Shown here one piece after another: positions 44,621-59,869 of a DNA stretch of 64,000 nucleotides. Numbering within the stretch: position 1 is the first letter of the stretch; each line of letters begins with the position of its first letter. A program made the translations under genes and the position numbers. The notes below the pieces were generated by a model, which did not search any database, was not told the origin of the DNA, and was given only the letters and a program-made list of their open reading frames with translations. Source of the stretch: the human T2T-CHM13v2.0 reference genome, Homo sapiens; assembly GCF_009914755.1 (NCBI RefSeq), contig NC_060942.1; one strand, 5' to 3'.

Positions 44621-46844
44621 GCTGATGAAAAATAAATAGCTGGAAAATCTTTGGTCTCCATGGGAGAATCCAGGCAGTGGTGTGGTCCCTTTGGACACCA
44701 CGTTCCTCTACAGAACTGACTGTACAAACCCCGGGAGGGAGTCCCCAAGGGGCTGTATCCCAGACCAGTGACCAGGGATGTGACTGTGCAATGCTAATGT
44801 AGAGATGCAGGAAATGCAAAAAAAAATAAGATGTTAGCAAAAGCAGCATGTAGGCCAACAAAGACACCGGTAGTATTATTTAATATTATTTAAAAACCAA
44901 AAAATCCCAGCATGGGAATCATGTAATGCATGAAAATTCTAAATATCATTTCTATACAGTGACAAAAAAAATCAGTAGCTTTATCTAAATGATAATACAT
45001 TACTTTTTTTAAAAAAAAATTATTTTCCCTTCTAATATATGTTTGTTGTATAAATGGGTGAAAATTTTATTGGTTTGCAATTACAGTTTTCTTAGTCAAC
45101 CTCTTTTAACAAAAGTATGTCCTACCTTTCAAAACACAAAAATAAATAAATAAAAACATAGCTCCCTTTAACCTGATTCGACAGAAAAAAAAGATAAAAT
45201 AATAAAACATATGTCTCTAATAAGAAGAGCAACATTTTTTGGACTTGTTTATGTGTTTCTATTACTATTAGTTCTTTTGTAATAGCAAAGAGATGCTGTC
45301 CTACTGCGTTAGAGCAAACTCTAGTGGTAAGTGGGTAAAAAAAGTCTTAGAGCTTTGCAGGAATGATGATTTTTACTTCCTCCAAGGAGTGACTTTGTAA
45401 AAGCCAGGAGAACCAAATGGAAAAGACTTCGAGAACCAGGGACATTGAAGTCTTAAGGGATTCCTCATTATCCCTGAGCCCACAAGCAAGCCTTGGCAGT
45501 CAAAGCCCCAAGAGACACCCTTAGGGAGCTGTTGGGAAGCCACCCACACCCTCCTCCCTACAGAGATCATTAGCTTTTCATCTCAAAGGCACTTTACAAA
45601 CATTAGCCAATTAACAGAAGCAAGCAGTCATAAATACCAGTAAGCAAGCAGAGCAAGAGTACGATTATATAAAAGCCCTAGCTGAGATGTGTTTACACAT
45701 TTGGAAGTAAAAATTTAATTTCAGCAAATGCAGTAGTCTCAAACAAAATTTACAGGTCATAGCTGTTAATGACATTAAGTTCCTCTATTATTAAAAAGAA
45801 AGTGCATGATAAATCCTGGATGGAACTTTTGGGAAATTCATTCTCTCCTCCCTCCAAAAAAAGAAAAAGAAAAAGAAAAAAGCATCGTTTACATGAGCCC
45901 CTGCTTTTTTAGCCAATAACCTGTGGAAATCCTTCTTTAAAGAGTATTCTTCTCAAGAACTCAGTCCCCCCAACTAAGATCCATGGAATCAAAGTGGTAG
46001 GAAATGAACAAACAGTTCATTTGGGTCCTATTATATATGATGCTGATTGCTATTGAGTTCATTCATTTTTGTGTTGTGATTTATTTCTGGCAACATAATT
46101 TACACTTCTCGGCACCGTGAGTAAAGACAATACAACCTATCTTGGTTTTTATGGGCAAAATCAGTTAATTTTTATGGGCAAAGTTAGTTAATCAGCTTGA
46201 GTAGAAAACAGACTTTGAAGGAAAAAATATGCATATTAAAATAAGTAATTCCTTTGCATCTATTTACCTAGATGAAATTTTGATATGTTCTGTTGCCACA
46301 GTAACCAGATATTCTGAGAGATACATCAGGTAAAGAACAAATACATGAGGCAAAAATTGGTGAGATACCTTACCTAGCTTGTTCCTTCTACATAATAAAG
46401 CTAAGCACTGGCCTAATAGGGTAAGTCCCTAGAATGGAACTTTAATTGATTATAGAGTAAGCATATTATCATTAAAATTATTTTAATATGCTAATTATGT
46501 TGTATATGGAAAAACAGGCATGGCTTCTCCGGTCTTCTCTGCACTGCTTTTCTCAAAACTCCCACAGAATAAGACAAATGGCATTTGATTACACAGTTCA
46601 TCTAAAACAAAAGCAAAATTTATCTTTAGCATCCCCTTCAAGTTTTACACCTTTATTTGCCTACACAGAATAGATTTTCTTTTTAATGTATTACATTTCA
46701 CACAACCAGTATTGAGAAAGACAGAGGTTAATTTGCAAATGTTCTATTGAGATCATTACAGAGATGATCTGGAAAAATCTTAAAACAGCAATAATCTGGT
46801 CTAACAAGTAGACATCTGGCCAAAAACTAAAAGACCCAGCCTAA

Positions 46845-47057
46845 GAGCTGTGTGGTAAAGGGAAAGACTACATACTTTGGAGTCAGACTAATTTGACTAC
46901 AAACTCTGACTTCAGGTCTGAAAAAGATGTACTATTTCTTAGGCTCAATTTCTTCATCTGTAAAATAGGGGTATTACATACAGTCTTTAAGAATGAAATG
47001 ATCTAATTCCGTGAAAGGGTCAAGTAAAGAACATGATACATAGAAGCCAGGAACTAT
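46845..47057 (+). mobile_element. MIR
   Basis: ctttggagtcagac..ctcaatttcttcatctgtaaaatagggg. Confidence 0.75.
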
Positions 47058-47147
47058 AGATAGAGATACATAGTTAGAAGACAGATGGATGGATAGATGG
47101 TAGATTAGATGATAGGTAGGTAGACAAATAGATGATAGATAGATAGG

Positions 47148-47180
<33 letters not shown>

Positions 47181-47228
47181 GGATAGATAGACAGACAGAC
47201 AGACAGATAGACAGACAGATAGATAGAT
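47058..47228 (+). repeat. Compound tetranucleotide STR (GATA/GACA/GATG/GGTA)
   Basis: Visible (tagata) and (cagac) arrays. Confidence 0.95.
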
Positions 47229-47415
47229 GTGATATGATAGTCTCACTCCCCCATCCCCTTATCACCATCCCTTTCTTGTGACAACTTTAGACTATTGGAT
47301 CTATCCATTGCTTTATCATCATCAACAATGTTGGGGAACGTATCTGAAATGGGTACCACAAATGGCAACCTTAGAGGATTTGAGGCATGGGAACACGGAT
47401 AACAAAGGCAACCAC

Positions 47416-47672
47416 AAGACCTACTACTTCACAGCACAACAGTGTGACTGCAGTCAATAAGAACTTAATTGTGCATTTTGAAGTAACTAAAAAAGTATAA
47501 ATGGATTGTTTGTAACACAAAGGATAAATGCTTGAGGGGATGGATGCCCCGTTCTCCATGATGTGACTATTATGCATTGCATGCCTGTATCAAAACATTT
47601 CATGTACCCCATAAATATATACACCTACTATGTACGTACAGAAATTAAAAATTTTAAATTAAAAATAAAAAA
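47416..47672 (+). mobile_element. L1MA1-3-like 5'-truncated 3' end
   Basis: ggattgtttgtaacacaaaggataaatgcttgaggggatggat..tgtaccccataaatatatacacctactatgtac plus an A tail. Confidence 0.88.
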
Positions 47673-47899
47673 CAAAGCTAATCCTAGAAAACAGCACTTC
47701 CCTCGCACCAACCCTAAACTTTTCTCTCCCCTGTGATGACAAGAAGAACACTATCAATCTGCAGAAGCCCTGACGTAGAAATACTGCCCTCATCTCTGAC
47801 TAGTAGATGAACATCAAGGGAATTTCTGTGGCACAAGAAATTCAACCTCCCTGGCTACTCTAGTAGGCCCCAAGTGCTGAGAAGTGGCAGAGAGTAGCA

Positions 47900-48135
47900 G
47901 TAGCAGTTAACAGCCTACAGCCACACAGCCTGGGTTCAAATCCTGACTCTGCCACCTATGAGCTTGCCTTAGACAAGTTGCCACTTACTCCCTGGTGATC
48001 TTATAGTTACATAACCTCTCTGTGCCTCAATAGCCTCACTTGTACAACGCGGTTTGTCATAGTAGTTATTTCATAGGACTGTTGTGACAACTCAAGACCA
48101 AGTGAGAAAATATATTGCAATAGTAAAGGTGCTTG
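47900..48135 (+). mobile_element. MIR
   Basis: cctgggttcaaatcctgactctgccac..aacctctctgtgcctca. Confidence 0.7.
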
Positions 48136-49759
48136 GTATCATTATCCTTTCCTTCACACTCTGGAGCTCAAAAGTATAGATTAAGCCCTTATAGGCTTTC
48201 CCAGGGATGTTACATAAAATTTCATCAAAGTCAGAAACATCTCACCCCAACTTCAAGCAAGGACGGAACTCTAGGCCTCACAAATCCTGCCCAGTGTCGT
48301 ACTCTTTTAAATCAATGGGAATAGCCATGGTGTTCAAAGGTGTACAGGAGAAGCAAAGGAACACATTGCTAGAAAAATACAAAAACCATCAGGATATTAT
48401 ATTCAGGCTTCGGTCAAAAAAAGAGGGGAGTCCTAGAAAGATAAAAGATGAAAAGATAAAAGATAAAAAGAAGGCAGAAAGACTCAATGATAAACTTCGG
48501 CATTTGACTTGAGTCCCTGGTTTCTGGACAAGTGGTGGGACCATCCTGTCTCACTCGCTCTGGCTACCTAATCTCTCTCAAGTTTCCGTCGGTCCCCCAC
48601 CACCCTTGATTTGTTTAAGCCATCATCATTTATCCCTTCAATTACTACATCTTACTTGATCTTCTCCCATATCTGTTTCATCCAATCTACCTTCCACACA
48701 GCTACTAAACATCTTTTAAAGATATATTTCTGGTCGTGCTCCTCCTCTGTCTAGTAGCTATCAGTTGTACCTCATTAACCTCATAATAAGTCTAAACTTC
48801 TCAGCAAGAAATATCTTATTGCCTTCATCATTTACACTCTCCTAATTATCCAGCCTAATCTCTCACCCACCTTTGTCTTTTAATTGGAACTTTCATTGTC
48901 ATTCTACCAAATGACATCTAGTCCATTGAATATACCATGCACTCTCTCACCTCTGTCCCATTATGCTAAAGTATTTGGAATTCTCTTCCTCCTGCAAGGT
49001 GGTATGGTGATGGATAAGGTAAATTTTATTTTGCCTTGAACATTGCATTTCCTTTTTTCCATGTAACTTCTTTATGTTATACAATGAAAGAACAGCTCAT
49101 GAGAAAATGTTCACAACAGCAAAATGTTCATTGAATTACTCTGAAGTTTATTTAGACATGTTCTTATGTATCCTTGGGACTGTTTTCTAATCATCCCTGA
49201 AAATTATTTCCTAAAGGATGACACTCCTTTTGAATTAAATGAAGTATGTATATATAGCAGCTTATGGAATCTACTTTTTATGCTGTTGGGATGACAGTAA
49301 TAGCTGTCTCCCACGCTGAAACAAAATGTTCTACAATTACAATACAGAAGAACTAGTAGAATAAACTTGAGAACTGAAACTGAGGACTCGCCATGTCTCT
49401 ATGTGTTCAGTTATCTAGTGCTTTATCTTACCATTTAAAAAGTTGTTTTGTTTTGTTTTATTTTGTTTTGTTACTATAAGCACTCTGAAAAGAATAGTGT
49501 TAGTTGTGCGTTGATCTGTTTCCCTTATGATGAAAATTTAATAGAATGCAGTCTCTTTACTTGGTCCAAGGGGAGGGATTTAAGTTATTTTTCAAAACAT
49601 AGAGGACTACCCAAAGCAGCCCTCACTGACTTCTCAAGCTCCCAAACAAATGGCAGGCCTACTGGAGGCAACTGGGGATATGACTAGAGCCAAGAGGCGT
49701 ACTAACTCAAACTTTGGCAACCCAGCGCAGAGCATTGAACAATTATTCACGCACTCACT

Positions 49760-51965
49760 CACCAAGGGACCCTTCATTCTTAGCTCTTACCACCACTCAA
49801 TTCTACACCCACTGTAATTCTGTGCATCCTCTCTATTCCTCCATCCAAGATGCTCTCCCCTTCTGATATTCAATTTAAAGTGTAATCAAAAATCTCCTCT
49901 ACATCTTTGACTTCTTCTTCTTCACTATCTTGCCTTAATCAATACTTGGTTTAATCAAGTCTTAGCTGTCCCCTGAGTACCCTGCTTCCCCTAGACCCTC
50001 TGAAATGAAGGCTATCTTCTCTTCTATATCCCAACATATTCATGACCAAGAGAAGATTCGGTGTCTCCTTTACTCACCATTGCTTGTTCAAGACCATGAC
50101 ATACTCTCTCTGTTGCAAAATCCCTGTTCTTTTGAGCCAACCATTTGGTAATATCATTTCTTCTTTGTCTTCAAAGAAGTATTTTGAGCTCCTGGTCCTG
50201 CTCCTTCATTCACTGAAGACTTTAGCTCCTTCCATCATCCCAGACAACGTAGTGCCTACACAGATGACATTGTATGAAAAGCCCTTACCTCAATTCTTTG
50301 ACCTTTTTATTTCCAATTATATTTTCTTTGTGTTTTTTAACTTTTATTTTAGTTTTGGGGGTACATGGGCAAGTTTGTTATAAAGATAAATTGCATGTCA
50401 CAGGGTTTGGTTTACAGATAATTTCATCACTCTAGTAATAAGCACAGTATCTGATAGGTATTTTTTTGATCCTCTCCCTCCTCCCACCTTCTACTCTCAG
50501 GTAGGCATCAGTGTCTGTTGCTGCTCTCCTAATATTCATGTGTTCTCACTGTTTAGCTCCCACTCTTAAGTAGGAATACACAGTATTTGGTTTTATGCTC
50601 CTGTGTTAGTTTGCTTAGGATAATGGCCTCCAGCTCCATCCATGTTGCTGTGAAGGAATGATCTAATTCTTTTTTAAGGCTGCATAGTATTCTGGGGTGT
50701 ATACGTACCACATTTTCATTATCCAGTCTACTGTTGATGGGAATTCAGGTTGATTCCATGTCTTTGCTATTGTGAATAGTGAATACTGCTGCAATGAACA
50801 TACACATGCATGTGTCTTTATGGTAAAATGATTTATATTCATTTCAGTATATAACTAGTAATAGGATCGCTGGATTGCATGGTAATCTTGCTTTAAGTTC
50901 TTTGAGGAATCACCACCCTGCTTTTCACAATGGTTGAACTAATTTACACTCCCACCAACATTCAATTATATTTTCTATAGCTCCACCTCCTACTTTCTTT
51001 AGCTTCTCCTCAGCAACCCACTGCTAAAATCACAACATGAAGACAGCACAACCAAACCCTTCAGAAATTTAAAATCTGACCCTAACCCCCTTTTTCCTGC
51101 CTCTTTTGCCCGAGTGCCTCTACTTCAGCAGCCTCAGCCACACGGAATCTTCACTGTCTCTCCCCAGGCCCTCCAGTCTTCATGTCTCTCTGCCCAGTTC
51201 AGATGGCCTGGAGCATTTCAGACTCTTTCACCTTCCTGTCCTTCCTCCTTCCTTTTAGCAGAGTATTCCCGCTTTTTTCAGGAGTCAACTTCTATAGCTT
51301 GTGTTATCTTCTTCCCTTTCTGGTCCCCCTTCTCAGTCTTCCTTTCCAATTTCTCTTCTCTTACTTGTCACCCAGTTGTTCTCCTGCCCTCTTCAATTTA
51401 TTTTCCATATAAAATACAAAGTGATCATAGCTTACAGCTACCTCTTTCAAGGTCTTCCATTTCATTTAAAAAGAAATATGAAATCCTTAACATGGGCTTC
51501 TATAGCCCCAAATAACATGGCTCCTGCCTCCATCTAGACCCTCATCTTTCCTCCGTGCTCTCTAAACTCCAGCCACACTGACCTGCATGCTGGTTCTGAA
51601 ACAAGTCCAACCTGTTCCCTCCTTGTGCTTTCTCCTGGGTTCTTCCCTCTGTCCACCTGTGGCAGAGTTTCCCCAAGCTTTGCCTAATCAATCCCATCCA
51701 TCCATCAGGGTTTGGCTCCGATATCAAAATTATCTAGACGCCTTCCCTTAGTGTCCATCTAAATCTCATCTCTGTTATCCTTTCATGCCTCCAATGACCT
51801 TTTTGAAGAACAATGATCACCATGCTTAATTGTATATTTTATTGACATCGTAATTTGCTCAATACTTCTAAGCTCTATTAGGAAAAGATTCTCTAAGTTT
51901 TGTTTATCATTATATCCTCAGTGTCCAGAACACAGTAGATGCTCAATCATGCCAAGACAGAAGGA
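49760..51965 (+). mobile_element. L2, interrupted by an L1
   Basis: Pyrimidine-rich L2 body. 3' end cagaacacagtagatgctcaat. Confidence 0.65.
50328..50960 (-). mobile_element. L1PA15/16-like 5'-truncated insertion
   Basis: Reverse L1PA 3' UTR (ggataatggcctccagctccatccatgttgctg). 14-bp TSD caattatattttct (50314-50327 and 50963-50976). Confidence 0.9.
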
Positions 51966-52149
51966 ATAATAATGATGTTCATATACCTGTTCAGTGGGAC
52001 TATAAGTACCCAAACTGTTTCCTTCCATTGTTTGGGAGACATGGGACATGGGAAGTGTGGTATCTTTATATTGCTTTAAAACCATTATTGATATTTCCTC
52101 CTCCATACACAACAGAAAAGTGCTCAAAATTGTTATCAAGCCATGGATG

Positions 52150-52380
52150 GTAGTGTATTAAATGTATACTTTGGAGCCAGCATATCTATTTTATATTCCA
52201 GTTTCCAAAAGCGCTAACTATGTGACCCTGTGCAAATCCCATAACCTCTCTGAGACCCAATTTTCTCATTTAAAAAATAGGAGCAATAGAACCAGCTTAC
52301 AGAGTTGTTATGCAGAGAATGAGATATAATTCAGATAACAGCCCACTGTCTAGCATTTCACAGGTGCTCTACAGAGGTTA
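52150..52380 (+). mobile_element. MIR
   Basis: actttggagccag..ctaactatgtgaccctg..aacctctctgagacccaattttctcatttaaaaaat. Confidence 0.7.
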
Positions 52381-52744
52381 GTTTCTGTCTGATCCCTATT
52401 TCTACATCGTTAATGTTAATATTGTCATTTTGCATGTGCTGTGAGATTGTTTCATCAAGCTAATGAAATAGTCTCACACCCACTATTACAGAGAATCTAA
52501 ATCATTTCAAAGTTTCTTTATCTTCCAGTTATTTTAGGGAGTTTGGAGGAAATGTCTCATATATATTCAGGAAGAGTAATTAATTCTCAATTACTCATAT
52601 TCTCCTCTCCCTTTTGGATTTGGGTTTCTGTCTGATAGTGACAAGCAAGCCTTCCCCTGCTGCAGCCACCCCACTGGTTCTGCTTGATCATCAGCTTTTG
52701 CCCAAGGAAGATGTGCCATGCTAAGCTATACTGCAATGAGGTGA

Positions 52745-53669
<925 letters not shown>

Positions 53670-54532
53670 GGCCTAGACTAGGAAAACCAGGTAAAAATGG
53701 ACCAAGCAAGAAATTTCCCATCCCCTCAAAGGATCAATAAATTGTTCTTAGACCCAAATTCCACTCGCTTAAATTACTTTCCTTAGGCATGACATTTCCT
53801 CTTAAGATCCCTTATTCCTAATAGGATAAATTGACCTATCACCCTCTCCTACCCACCCTCGTATCTGCCTGAACATATCTGAATTGACTCCATCTCCTGC
53901 ACCCCCACGCACACACGCTTTTTCTTTCAGTACCAAAGCAAAGATAAATACCCAACATGATAATGATCCAGGATCTCTTCAATTCCTGAATATTTCTCAG
54001 GGGTCGTAGAAAATGAGAGTTTTACAAAGAATCAATAATTCTTTGAATTATTAGATGTTCATTCTGTGCATTCTTTCAGTCATGTAGCCTAAAAAGATTA
54101 GAAACTCACTACCCAGTGACTTGATTTATTCCAGAAGAGCAATTTAGGTCACGGGAAAAATGAAACCTATCAACTGCCAATCCCTCAGATAACATAATAA
54201 CTGTTATTTTTCTCTACTGGCCATTTGTTTCTTAAATTAGAAGTCTTCACAGCACAAAAGGGACAGAGGTAGCCTTACCTATGTGTAGATTTGTGTCTGA
54301 GCCCATTAACGGAAGAGGTTAGGTTCTTGTACTAATGAGGGAAATGCAGAACTTGCATCCCCAGAGAACAATTATAGTCACACACAAGAGATGCCCTGCT
54401 TCCCAGCTTACTACCTGATTTTCACATAAAGCTGTGCTACTTGTCTTAGAGAACACCGCACTAAAATGTCTAGATGGTAACTTATTCAGCAATCATTGAC
54501 TGAGCTTCTTCTGTGTCCCAAGCTCTGTGCTA

Positions 54533-55241
<709 letters not shown>

Positions 55242-56268
55242 CTAGTGAGTAATCAGTGAATTTTATTAACATTACTGAGAAATAAACAATCTTACTAATG
55301 TGGTTGATTCTGAACACGATATACTGATATTTTTATAGTACTTTGCAACTTAGCAAACATTTTCATATAATTACCTTGTTTTATTCTCACAGTGGTCCCC
55401 ACAAGAGATGTCATTAACCTTGATTTGGAGATCAAAAAACTCAGCATTAAAAAGTTTAAGTGAATTATCCAAGGTCACACAGCAAGTGAATAAATATAAG
55501 CCATCTTCAAAACCCAAGTCCTGTGTCATCAAAAAATGTATAAGCCCTTGCCAAATTATGCTCAGAATAGTCTTTAATGCTTCAATTGTTTCATCTCACT
55601 ATTTTTTTCTTTATAATTTTATAAACAATTGTCTGCCAATGTCAAAGGTGCATTTTTGATAACAAAACTTCTGGTCGTATCGAAGAGGAAAAAGAGATAG
55701 AAACATAACGCTTATGCTTAAAAAAAAAATCAAGTTATCAGTTTGCCCAAACTAACCTGGTTCTCTGTAAAATAGTCTAAAAATTTCCAAAAATTGAAAT
55801 TTCAGGTCCTGGATTATACAATAATGTTTTATAACCCAAAAATACAGTTTGAAAATGAAAGTATTTTTCCCTCTTTATTATGTCAATATACATAATTCAG
55901 CTCCAATAATTAATGTTTAGGTTTGCACTAAGAGGCTTGCACATGGAGAAATTTATAGTCTTTATTAAACCCATCTGCATCAAAATGTCTATTGCAAAGT
56001 TAGGTAAGAGTCCTATATTTGCATAGTGTTATATTTCTCACTTCGCACAGCAAAGCTTTGCATCCAGAGAGTTCATTGAGATTTAGTGAAAACTAGCCCA
56101 AGAGCACACAGTTTATCCACAGCAATTCTGTCAAATGCATTGAGCTGCCAAGACCTAATTGCGAAGGTTCTAGTGGCATGTTGGAATCACATGGGAAGCT
56201 TTAAAAATTCAGATGCCAGGTCCCACACTCAGAATTCTGATTCAATTGGTCTGGGGTGCAGTCAGTTA

Positions 56269-57354
56269 TGCAACTGCCCAGTAGGTTCTTCCTGCTCACT
56301 GCCCAGATAGAGCTGATTTCTCAAAACAGGGGTATTGCAATAAAGAGTTTAATACACATAAAGCCAGCTAAATGGGAGAGAGATCAGAGTTTTATTATTA
56401 CTCAAATCAGCCTCCTTGAAAATTCAGAGACTAGGGTTTTCAAGGGTAGTTTGACAGGCAGGAGGCAGGGGAAATGATGCTGCTGATTGGTTGGGGACGC
56501 AATTGTAGGGATGTGGAAAATAGTCCTCGTGCACTGAGTCCGCTTCTGGGTGGGAGTCACAGAAGAATCACTGGTCCAGGTGGAGTCATTCAGTAGTCGA
56601 TAATGTGAAAGTCTGAAAAGACATCTTAAAAGGCCAATCTTAAGTTTTCTACTAATGGTTTTATTTACAGGAGTAATTGGGGAAGTTGTAAATCTTGAGA
56701 CCCATGGAACAACAGCTGGTAATTGTTTAACCTACCACTTTGCAGAATTCAGACCCCTCTCATTTTAACCTGGTAACCTTTCATTAATTTTATAAAGCCG
56801 GTTTAGTTTGGGGAAGGGCAATTATCACTTAAACTATAAACTAAATTTTCCCCTAAGTTAGCTTGGCCCACATCCAGGAATGACCAAGGGCAGTGATATG
56901 ATTTCGCTGTGTCCCCACTCAAATCTCATCTTGAATTGTAGCTCCCATAACTCCCATGTGTTGTGGGAGGGACCCAGTGGGAGATAATTGAATCATGGGG
57001 GCAGTTCCCCCCATACTGTCCTTGTGGTAGTGAACAAGTTTCATGAGAGCTGATGGTTTTACAAGGGGAAACCCCTTTCGCTTGGCTCTCGTTTTCTCTC
57101 TTGCCTGCCACCACGTAAGATGTGCCTTTTGCCTTCCGCCATGATTGTGAGGCCTCCCCAGTTACATGGAACTGTGAGTTCATCAAACCTCTTTTTCTTT
57201 ATAAATTACAGTCTCAGGTATGTCTTTACCAGCAGCATGAAAATGGACTAATACAGGCAGTTTGGAGGTTAAAGATAAGATGGAGTTAGTTAGGTCAGAT
57301 CTCTTTCACTGCCATAATTTTCTCGCTGTGATAATTTTTGCAAAGGCAGTTTTA
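56269..57354 (-). mobile_element. LTR8-family solo LTR (ERV1) containing THE1B
   Basis: Reverse of the recalled LTR8 start (gcctttgcaaaaattat..gtgaaagagatctgacctaact..ctccatctt). 4-bp TSD GTTA. Confidence 0.8.
56894..57255 (+). mobile_element. THE1B-like solo LTR
   Basis: tgatatg..gctgtgtcccca..ggactaataca. Perfect 5-bp TSD GGCAG. Confidence 0.93.
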
Positions 57355-58749
57355 GTTATTTGGGATTTCTGAAAGCCCTACATGGAATTGAAGGTATAGT
57401 CAAGCTCAAAAACCATTGCCTTGAGACAGTCAGAGATTAGTTCAAAGACAAGCACAAACCAGGAGCTTGTTAGAAATACAAATCCGGGATCCCATCCCAA
57501 ACCTAATTAATTAGAACTAAAGTTTGAGAATACTGTCTTTAAGGGAAAATAAAAGATATTAAAGGTTATTTATAGATCCTATAGAGATCAAAGTATTTCT
57601 TTAAATAAACAATAGGTTTTAGTGAATCTCAAGCATTTGAGAAGAGTGAATCTTTTTGGTAAATGTTATACTTCTTGTTATTCCTTTGCAATAAGCAACA
57701 CTCTGGAAAAAGAGGTCCCTTGCCTGGATCCCTTTCCATTTCAAGTGCAATAGGGAAGCAGACATTGGGTACTGGAGGATAAACCTTAGGAACCACAGGA
57801 AACAGAATAGGTCTTTACTGCCTGTCCACAGGGCAAGAGTGGTCACCACATACTGCTCACAGACATTAATAGAAGCTGTCTACCTGCTGTGGTGCTCATA
57901 ATTTTACCCCGCTTACTTTTTTTCGGCCAAAAACTGGAAATGGCTTTTTCAAGCAAACAGGAATGGATAGCTTGGGCATAATGAGTAATCATCTTGCTAT
58001 ATTCACCTTAGATTGTGAGTATGAATCTTCTTGCATTGTTCCAGATAAATACTACAAAAGATTTTGATTATTTTTTCCACACTGGGTGGTGCCTTAGTTA
58101 TGGTTTCTTGATCTAAACCACTCAGCTTTCTCTGTTTACCAAGAGATTACACCACAATCAATATGAAAAACCCTCATCACCTTGGAATATTTGAGGGTTT
58201 TTCTCAGGTGGAAGAACGCTGTTACCTCATGGGGAAAAGAAACCTTTTTAAGTGCTCTGAACTTTTTTTCTTTCATTGGAAGAAAACAAAAGAAAAAGGA
58301 AAGCCCTATATCCACATTGTGCCAGTTGTTGAGATGAAAACCCTGCTTGCACATTTTTCCAGATAGATATTTATTTCTTTGCAGGAGGAGTTATGGGATC
58401 CTAAGAATCCCCTGCACACACAGCCCCCTGCTGTTGTTTTGAGCCATCTGCACAGAGTACACTCTTAGCAGCTCCTCCCCAGGCTCAGGCAATTTGTCTC
58501 TCTGATTTTCTTTCAAGAGCTTGAACTTCCTAAAACTTCTAAGCATGTACCATGACAAAAATTTCAAAGATGTATTTAAACAGAAGATGACATTTTAAAA
58601 TATGTCATTGGCTTCCATTCCCAGAAAAAGGTAAGATGAAGTAACATGACCTACCCTCCCCTTAAGATCAAATAGAAATGTTAGATTTAAGAAAATAATA
58701 AATATGATACATACTTAGCGAGCTGAAAGGAAGGAACAAAACGTTGTCT

Positions 58750-59855
<1,106 letters not shown>

Positions 59856-59869
59856 GCCTAATATCCTCA

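Larger units (their letters stand above)
56160..57420. mobile_element. MER5A-like hAT-Charlie MITE split by an LTR
   Basis: ggaatcacatgggaagctttaaaaattcagatgccaggtcccac..gattcaattggtctggggtg before 56269, resuming after 57354. Confidence 0.7.

Noticed and set aside
45570-45615. ctcaaaggcactttacaaacattagccaattaa, resembling an ancient amniote SINE core
   Set aside because: The match is too short to call without an HMM search.
58385-58630. + strand acceptor/donor pair (tttgcag|G ... AAG|gtaaga)
   Set aside because: Stops in all frames, and the donor appears to lie in an old L1-like fragment. Indistinguishable from a pseudo-exon.
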